The translations under genes were made by a program, and so were the position numbers. A stretch of DNA of 51,010 nucleotides from a virus (Duplodnaviria > Caudoviricetes), in the IMG/VR virus record IMGVR_UViG_3300042922_000517, positions 1 through 51,010 of that record, one strand, 5' to 3'. The notes below the pieces were generated by a model. The model saw nothing but the letters and a program-made list of their open reading frames with translations. It had not been told where the DNA came from and ran no database searches. Of the stretch, positions 45,305 to 51,010 are shown in pieces (the first letter of the stretch is position 1; each line of letters starts with the position of its first letter).

Positions 45305-45318
45305 CGAACTTATGTTCT
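45305..45318. promoter_or_regulatory. Firmicute LexA (SOS) box
   Basis: CGAAC-TTAT-GTTCT, about 30 bp upstream of 44875..45276. Confidence 0.75.
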
Positions 45319-45330
45319 TTTATCCACAAG

Positions 45331-45358
45331 AAAAAAGCCCCTGCGTTGGCAGAGGCTT
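45331..45358 (-). terminator. Terminator after the lysis genes
   Basis: AAGCCTCTGC-CAAC-GCAGGGGCTTTTTT on the minus strand. Confidence 0.75.
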
Positions 45359-45420
45359 ACCGGTGCTTCCGGATTTGGTTGCCTTCATATTAGCATTTTC
45401 AGAATGACTTGTCTACTCCT

Positions 45421-45774
45421 TTATTGTACTGGATTTTGTGACTTAAGATAGGCTGCCTCAATGGCTGCCCGGATCTCCGCAGGCGTGACCTTGATTCCCT
45501 TGCGCCCTAACTGCTGAGTGGCATACTCCAAGGCTTGCGCAAGTTTGATCTGACTTTCGGAGCTTTTATAAACCGTCTCTGCATAGGCATAAGCCTCACC
45601 GGCCACCTTGTGCAGCAGCTCCCGCTGTGTCGCGTCCAACTTACTATCCAGATAATTAACAGCCTTTGCCTTGACAACGCCTACAGCAGACAACAGGACG
45701 GCAACCAGGGCACCTACGAGGGCCGTTACAACAGTCGTCACATACGGCTGAGCCGCTTCTACAATCGGTTGCAT
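45421..45774 (-). CDS. Holin (LL-H type)
   Basis: One N-terminal TM; AYAYAE..KLAQAL..IRAAIEAA; follows the endolysin. Confidence 0.8.
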   Translation of the reverse strand: MQPIVEAAQPYVTTVVTALVGALVAVLLSAVGVVKAKAVNYLDSKLDATQRELLHKVAGEAYAYAETVYKSSESQIKLAQALEYATQQLGRKGIKVTPAEIRAAIEAAYLKSQNPVQ

Positions 45775-46523
45775 TATTTAGTCTCCTTTGTCGTCAATGT
45801 AGCTGTCTTACTGATATTGTTCCATTCAACTTGCGCGCCAATTGCTTCGCCAATCGCAGCCAGCGGCACATATACCCGTCCTTCAATGAGCACACTCTCT
45901 GCTGCCAGCCGGTTACCGTTTACTACTGTGCCTGCTTTATCTACTCTCACGTCATTTGCCTCCTTCAGATACCGTTCGATTTGTGCCAGAACCTTTGCCG
46001 TCTGTGTCTCTGTGGGCTGCGCTCCCGCCTGCAACTGCTTAATCGATAGGCCAAATGTCATTTCAAAGTGCGGGCCGTCAAAGATGCTCTCAAAGTCACC
46101 ACCCCAGAAGAACCCCAGCGCCTTTGCTTCCTCCACCACTTCATTCCAATCCTTCACCTTGTCGCCGTCACCGTCCCGGAGCATGTCCCAGGACACACTT
46201 GAACCGTTTGGTAGCAGCAGCGCAAAATCGATGGCAAGTCCGTAATTATGATTGCTCGAGCCGCCGATTGCATTCGTAACCCATTTTTCCTTTGGTTGCG
46301 CCTTAACATGTGAGAGACCAACAGCATTTAGTTGTTCCTGCGTCCGGCTTTTTGCGTATAAGGCGTTCTGTTCGGCCTTGGTGCGTAGCCCCTGCGTGAT
46401 TACAATCGGCACGCCCCGGGAATAAGACCGTTCAATAAGCGCATTCGTAGCTGCCAGTACTGCCGGTTGTAATCCGACTAGTCGGGACTTTGATTTGAGT
46501 TTCACCTGATCAAGCGTTAGCAT
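45774..46523 (-). CDS. Endolysin: M15 L-Ala-D-Glu peptidase with C-terminal copper-amine-oxidase-N-like domain
   Basis: ITQGLRT, SNHNYGLAIDF, WGGDF and DGPHFE motifs; C-terminal GRVYVPL..IGAQVEWNN. Confidence 0.92.
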   Translation of the reverse strand: MLTLDQVKLKSKSRLVGLQPAVLAATNALIERSYSRGVPIVITQGLRTKAEQNALYAKSRTQEQLNAVGLSHVKAQPKEKWVTNAIGGSSNHNYGLAIDFALLLPNGSSVSWDMLRDGDGDKVKDWNEVVEEAKALGFFWGGDFESIFDGPHFEMTFGLSIKQLQAGAQPTETQTAKVLAQIERYLKEANDVRVDKAGTVVNGNRLAAESVLIEGRVYVPLAAIGEAIGAQVEWNNISKTATLTTKETK

Positions 46524-46887
46524 CTTGTTCCCCCTCTCTCTTTACCGGTTGGAAGGACATAAACAGATCCTGCCTCCGGGTATACATGAGTACGGTCAGG
46601 ATCAGCAGCCCCAATGTTGTGCCGGTCTGCGCAATAGCCCAGCCTTGCGACTTCAGCGCAGCATAGACGGCGGAATCTCCGGAGGCGCTTGAGAAACGAA
46701 TCCAGAAGGCCACGGCCATCTTCACCGTATACGCCCCCAGAAAGAAGAACACTGCCAACATGAACAGACTTACCACCCGGGCGCGGAATCTCTTCCGGAA
46801 GTACAAAAAAAGCGCGGCCATAAGCAGCAGCGCACAAACGAATGAAATACCATATGCAATCAATAACAAAATATCAATGCCCCCCAT
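46510..46887 (-). CDS. Three-TM membrane protein, holin-like
   Basis: Three hydrophobic helices; overlaps the endolysin start. Confidence 0.7.
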   Translation of the reverse strand: MGGIDILLLIAYGISFVCALLLMAALFLYFRKRFRARVVSLFMLAVFFFLGAYTVKMAVAFWIRFSSASGDSAVYAALKSQGWAIAQTGTTLGLLILTVLMYTRRQDLFMSFQPVKREGEQDANA

Positions 46888-47074
46888 ACTGATGATCCCC
46901 CTTATCGTAAATCAAAAATGGCGCAAATCCGTTGTTAAGGATCTCCTCCTGTATCTCTTTGGAGGTATCTTTATATCTGGCAATAGAAAAAGCTACCCGG
47001 CGTGATGCTTGGCTGATTTCTTTATCTAACTCGCCGTGCCGGGGGAATAAACGGTGAATCCACTTTATAAACAC
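46874..47074 (-). CDS. Small lysis-module protein
   Basis: Coupled ORF with amphipathic N-terminus. Confidence 0.6.
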   Translation of the reverse strand: MFIKWIHRLFPRHGELDKEISQASRRVAFSIARYKDTSKEIQEEILNNGFAPFLIYDKGDHQYGGH

Positions 47075-47076
47075 GG

Positions 47077-47379
47077 TTATCCACCCCTGTCCTCATTATT
47101 TTCGGGATTTACGGCATTATGATCAATCTTTAGCCGCTGCAGCACTTCCAGTGTCGGCTGCATAAACGCCTTGCGCTCGCTATCCAGGATCTCCTGAAGG
47201 TGGTCATTATCTTGCAAGGCCCTGTCCAGCATTTCGCGCGGTACCAACTTACCAGTTGCCACGGCCCTCCACTGTGCATAAGCGAAGATCAGAAACAAGA
47301 AAAGTAGCACGACAGAAAGTCCATACTTTTCTACCAACGGCAATATTCTCTCTAAATCGGAAATTCGTTCTGCTTCCAT
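47077..47379 (-). CDS. Single-TM plus coiled-coil protein, holin/antiholin-like
   Basis: EKYGLSVVLLFLFLIFAYAQW then coiled coil; first gene of the lysis module. Confidence 0.65.
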   Translation of the reverse strand: MEAERISDLERILPLVEKYGLSVVLLFLFLIFAYAQWRAVATGKLVPREMLDRALQDNDHLQEILDSERKAFMQPTLEVLQRLKIDHNAVNPENNEDRGG

Positions 47380-47412
47380 TCCCCCGCTCCCTTCTCTCTC
47401 TGTAATGTATAT

Positions 47413-47440
47413 AAAAAGACACGCCCCTGAGGGCGTGTCT
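47413..47440 (-). terminator. Terminator after the tyrosine recombinase
   Basis: AGACACGCCC-TCAG-GGGCGTGTCT-TTTT. Confidence 0.8.
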
Positions 47441-47445
47441 GAATT

Positions 47446-48438
47446 TTATTGTACTAAATACCGTTTGTGTTGTTCCCGCTTACGTTCTTCGGTAATTCTG
47501 GCATACCGGAGTGTGGTCTGCGGATCCGAATGGCCCATAAGTTCCTGCACAGCGACCAACTCCGCGCCATTATTAAGCGTGAGCGTTGCAAAGGTGTGCC
47601 GCAGCACATGCGGGCTCACCTTGTCCTGAAGCCCAGCTGTACGGGCAATAACGGCTATCTCCCGCTGTATGCCCCGTTTGGTCAGGCGGCGATACTCCTT
47701 GCGCTCTGTCACCATCAGAGCCCCGCAGTTATCATTCCGGCTCTTCAGATATTTGTTGAGGTGGTACATTGCTTTGAACGAAAAGTAAACCTCCCGCTCC
47801 TTATTCCCCTTACCGATCACTCGACAACTCATAGATTGTTGATTGATTGCGTCCCGGTCCATCCCGTAGACCTCAGACAGCCGGCAGCCTGTTGCATACA
47901 TGATTTCGATAAAGGCCCGCTGCCGGACCGTCTTGCAGGATTCCCGCAGCATCTCCAACTCAGGGATTGTCAGAGCTTTCGGCAGCCGCTTCTCCAGCTT
48001 CGGCGTTTTTAGCTTGGCGGATGGGTCACGGGGAATAATCTCCTCCCCTGAAAGCCAGCCGAAGAAGCTTTTAAGTACGGACAACTTCTTGCCGATCGTA
48101 CTCATCTTGAGGTGATTGAATTGTCCAAGGTATGCCCGTATATCGGCGGCTGTGACGTTGTCTGTCCGCTTGCGAACGTGACGGAAGAATATGTGTAGGT
48201 CCAAGGCATATCCGTCCAGCGTCAACGGACTGAGCCCTTCCAGGCGCTTTGATGATAGAAACATCTTGAGCTTCTCTTCGCCATCCGGGTGCGGTTCATC
48301 TTCTTTGATACGCTGAATATGGTAATCAGACACAATGATAGATAGTATAGACTTTGTTCGTTCAACTTCTAAATCAGGGAAAACGTTATAAATCACGGCC
48401 ACGACATCGGACAATAGCTGCTCACTTGCATTATTCAT
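47446..48438 (-). CDS. XerC/D-like tyrosine recombinase
   Basis: SAM-like N-terminal domain; complete catalytic set TGCRLSE, GKGNKER, HVLRH, GHS, TLRY. Confidence 0.95.
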   Translation of the reverse strand: MNNASEQLLSDVVAVIYNVFPDLEVERTKSILSIIVSDYHIQRIKEDEPHPDGEEKLKMFLSSKRLEGLSPLTLDGYALDLHIFFRHVRKRTDNVTAADIRAYLGQFNHLKMSTIGKKLSVLKSFFGWLSGEEIIPRDPSAKLKTPKLEKRLPKALTIPELEMLRESCKTVRQRAFIEIMYATGCRLSEVYGMDRDAINQQSMSCRVIGKGNKEREVYFSFKAMYHLNKYLKSRNDNCGALMVTERKEYRRLTKRGIQREIAVIARTAGLQDKVSPHVLRHTFATLTLNNGAELVAVQELMGHSDPQTTLRYARITEERKREQHKRYLVQ

Positions 48439-48451
48439 GATGTCCTCCTAG

Positions 48452-48535
48452 TGATACGTTTATCGTAGTTATAGCATCAATATTATACTGATACTATTTA
48501 CGAATCAATAGGCAAATGGTACTATATTCGTATCA
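48452..48535. promoter_or_regulatory. Three 16-bp operators (TGATWCGWWWATMGTA) between recombinase and HTH
   Basis: 48452-48467 (+), 48492-48507 (-), 48520-48535 (-). Confidence 0.75.
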
Positions 48536-48553
48536 CGTAAGGAGGTAACATCC

Positions 48554-48766
48554 ATGATTATAATTAAGCTATCTACTGTATTGAACGAAGCAAACATTTC
48601 TCAACGTGAACTGTCCAGGAGAACAGGAATAAGGCAGCCAACGATTAGTGAAATGTGCTTGAACAAAGCTAAGTCACTACCGGTAGAGAACCTGGACAAG
48701 ATTTGCAGCGAATTGGACTGTGAACTATCCGATATCATTGAATACAGAAAAGAGCCGCTGGAGTGA
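48554..48766 (+). CDS. Cro/C1-type (YozG-like) HTH regulator, divergent from the recombinase
   Basis: ISQRELSRRTGIRQPTISEMC..LDCELSDIIEY; AAGGAGG RBS. Confidence 0.9.
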   Translation: MIIIKLSTVLNEANISQRELSRRTGIRQPTISEMCLNKAKSLPVENLDKICSELDCELSDIIEYRKEPLE

Positions 48767-48784
48767 TCCGGCCGCTCTTTTTTT
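48747..48784. terminator. Hairpin terminator between HTH and tail gene
   Basis: AAAAGAG...CTCTTTTTTT. Confidence 0.6.
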
Positions 48785-48797
48785 AACGTCCATTTTC

Positions 48798-48838
48798 GGT
48801 TTTCCGGTATTGCGCAGTATGGTCCGTTTGTCCATTAA
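48798..48838. repeat. Distal copy of a 41-bp imperfect direct repeat (candidate recombination site)
   Basis: 27/41 ungapped identity to 50974-51010 joined to 16-19; identical core CGCAGTAT at 48813-48820; overlaps the tail-gene stop codon. Confidence 0.65.
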
Positions 48839-51010
48839 GCAACGCCCACTCCGAAGAACGTTAGGTTGTTGCCGGCAGTGTTGATAATCTCAATTTTGAT
48901 TAAGCCCATCCCGCTGATCGAAACGGTGTGATTTGCCGTATTGAGCGTGTAGTCAACTCCGTTAATCCGCGCCGTTACATCGCCAGCAGAAGTGAACGTG
49001 AAATCGAGAGTGACGCCGTATTTAAAGTGGTTGTACAGATTAACCTTAAACACTTTGCCTGCTGCAGCTGTGGTCAGGCTGCTATTATAGCCACCTGTCC
49101 GTGCAGTGAGCTTTGCACAGTTGCCGATCTCTGACCGAACCTCTGGATTGTTGAACCCAATTTTACAGGGTTCCGTTACCTTTATGGTCTCCTTGTTAAA
49201 CTCCGAAAATAAGAACTCCGCTTGATAGATGTGACCCTCTTGCCTGTAGTGTAGACCGTCCGGCACCAACGACTGAATATTATCCACCTTTAGCTGCAGC
49301 ATCTTGGTATAAGTATAATTGTCAACCAATTCGAGGTTGTATTCTTCCGCCAATTCCCGGATGACACTTAAAGATATGCTAGTAGTCTCGGCTGACGTAT
49401 ACCCTGGGCTATACATCGGATATGCAATCATTGTAGCCTGCGGCGTCACCAAGAATGGCTGGATGTTATTCTCAAAACACCATTCAATAATACCTCGCAT
49501 GGCCGCACGGAATGATCCGATGTATTCCGCTGTTGAACTGTTTTCCATCGGATCATTCAACCCGTGTCGGATGCCGATCATCTTCACGTCAGCATAGTGT
49601 GTGTTGGTCTTAATGATTCCGTTTATATTCGCAAGGGCCCAGGTTGCGTCCTTACCGCCGAATCCCGCGTTATAAATCCGCGCAACCGTACTGCCAGTCT
49701 CAGCCCGGATCAGCTCCTGCAGTAGCGTACAGTACGCGTCCGCTGGAGTATGGTCAGTACCGATTGTGTTGGCGCTGGTCGGATTCGTTGTACTTTCCGT
49801 AGTGCTGTCGCCTAAAAAAGCAACCGGAAACTTCTCGCCCTTTTTCCATGCAGAACAAGCATCAGCAAGCGTATAAAGTCTCTTCCGCGTTACAGTGAAA
49901 TTCAGCTTATCTGCGCTTATTGACTTGTCTGGTAACTCAAAATCCGCATTGGCACCTGTTGGTTTCAGCCCGTCTACCATGATTTGCTTGTAACCGAAAG
50001 GGGAATATACTTTACCACCAATGATCCGGCATAGCACGAAGGCATACCCGGTAGTGGATGCAAATATTGTCTGCGAAAACAGATCTCCGGTTGATCTGTC
50101 TACACAGATATAAGTAGCCTGGGTATCGTTATAAGTTATTGATCCGGTTTTAGCCAGAACAAAACCATCATCATTACTTACATAGACATTGTTTGTAAAT
50201 GCGGCTGTCTTGTTGGTTGTATTAATCGATAACTTAGTAGCGCCATCAATGATTTCTGCCCATTTTTTCGTGAGCAACTTTCCGATTCCCACAAAATTAT
50301 CCGGAATGTCAAAAATGGCATTAGCCGATTTTATTGCGGCTCCATTGACTGTTATGTTTTGAAATCCGAATGGACAAGAGACTTTTCCAGATATAACAGA
50401 CGCCAAAACATATGCGTAGGTTAACGTACCCTCTACGATGGGTTTAACAAATAAGTTTTTCGTCGTTCGATCCACGCAAATGTATGAAACTACGCTGTCA
50501 TCATATGTTATCGAGGATGCGTTAGCTAATACTGTCCCGTCATCATTATAGACATATGTGCTGGGCAACGAAGCTGTTTTGGTTGTCGTATTAAAGTTCA
50601 ACTTAGCGTTGCCAAGGATTTCTGCCCACTTCATTGTTTTGAGTGCCGCGACACCGACTGAATTATCGGCAACGCCTGTAGACTGATATACCGTTCCTGC
50701 CGTCCAGCCCGAGCCATTCCAGTAATACCATTTACCATCTGCAGTAACTACATAAGTATTTGTGTTGCCTGTCGGGAAAGCAGCCTGCAATGCGCTCACT
50801 GTAGCATAAGTGCCCTTCGGAGATCCACTTGCTAGACTTGCGACCAGTGTATCAACATATACCTTTTCTGCTTTTGCGGAAACTGCATTATTAGTCGCGT
50901 CTAGGCTGGTTTGTTCAGCTTTGCTTGTGGCAAGAGCATTAACCTCCGTCTTATTGGCTTTAACCTCATCCAAGGTTAATAGTTCTTCCGCAGTATCCGC
51001 CAACTGTTCA
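48835..51010 (-). CDS. 3' part of tailspike gene: two approx. 120-aa repeats plus SGNH/GDSL esterase domain
   Basis: SGNH blocks FLGDSTT, NAGFGG, HGLND, DGLHY; duplicated KWAEI..NDDG..YICVDR..PFG unit; continues from 260..1. Confidence 0.88.
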   Translation of the reverse strand, partial: EQLADTAEELLTLDEVKANKTEVNALATSKAEQTSLDATNNAVSAKAEKVYVDTLVASLASGSPKGTYATVSALQAAFPTGNTNTYVVTADGKWYYWNGSGWTAGTVYQSTGVADNSVGVAALKTMKWAEILGNAKLNFNTTTKTASLPSTYVYNDDGTVLANASSITYDDSVVSYICVDRTTKNLFVKPIVEGTLTYAYVLASVISGKVSCPFGFQNITVNGAAIKSANAIFDIPDNFVGIGKLLTKKWAEIIDGATKLSINTTNKTAAFTNNVYVSNDDGFVLAKTGSITYNDTQATYICVDRSTGDLFSQTIFASTTGYAFVLCRIIGGKVYSPFGYKQIMVDGLKPTGANADFELPDKSISADKLNFTVTRKRLYTLADACSAWKKGEKFPVAFLGDSTTESTTNPTSANTIGTDHTPADAYCTLLQELIRAETGSTVARIYNAGFGGKDATWALANINGIIKTNTHYADVKMIGIRHGLNDPMENSSTAEYIGSFRAAMRGIIEWCFENNIQPFLVTPQATMIAYPMYSPGYTSAETTSISLSVIRELAEEYNLELVDNYTYTKMLQLKVDNIQSLVPDGLHYRQEGHIYQAEFLFSEFNKETIKVTEPCKIGFNNPEVRSEIGNCAKLTARTGGYNSSLTTAAAGKVFKVNLYNHFKYGVTLDFTFTSAGDVTARINGVDYTLNTANHTVSISGMGLIKIEIINTAGNNLTFFGVGVA
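50996..51010. repeat. 15-bp terminal direct repeat, right copy; part of the proximal 41-bp site
   Basis: Identical to 1-15; overlaps by one base the core CGCAGTAT at 50989-50996. Confidence 0.95.

Noticed and set aside
47446-48438. Tyrosine recombinase as the ordinary prophage integrase or a host xerD
   Set aside because: A serine integrase with attP sits next to cI, and this gene lies between tail and lysis genes with no host genes nearby. A dimer-resolution role cannot be excluded, but I saw no dif-like site.
48835-51010. Diversity-generating retroelement or invertible shufflon acting on tail genes
   Set aside because: No reverse transcriptase or TR/VR pair; the repeated sites are direct, not inverted, and no reversed silent cassette is present.

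Overview
The window is an apparently complete, circularly permuted genome (about 50,995 bp unique, with a 15-bp repeat at both ends) of a temperate siphovirus of a spore-forming Firmicute. The host is most likely Paenibacillaceae, inferred from copper-amine-oxidase-N domains, PBSX-like xpf/terminase genes and a Bacillales LexA box. Most genes are on the minus strand. In gene order they run: cI/cro switch, antirepressor, replication initiator with an iteron origin, RecU, HNH, DNA-modification enzymes, Xpf-like late activator, tRNA-Ile(UAU), Acb2/Tad1-like protein, terminase/portal/head, tail, several tail-fibre genes (the last spans the window junction), a tyrosine recombinase/HTH pair, lysis genes, morons, an agr-like cassette, an intact attP and a large serine integrase. 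Best leads: (1) the SGNH-esterase C-terminal part of the last tail gene is bracketed by two directly repeated 41-bp sites sharing an identical 8-bp core. It sits next to an intact tyrosine recombinase, and the window breaks at one of these sites, making it a candidate integron-like tail-cassette exchange system. (2) A kinase-less, receiver-less agr-type peptide signalling cassette (membrane sensor, agrB, an unannotated agrD, two LytTR-only proteins) lies beside attP and a candidate directionality factor. (3) An intergenic hammerhead ribozyme carries a hairpin inserted in its core. (4) A tRNA-Ile(UAU) and a candidate nucleotide-sponge gene open the late operon. All family calls come from motif recognition by eye; no searches were run.
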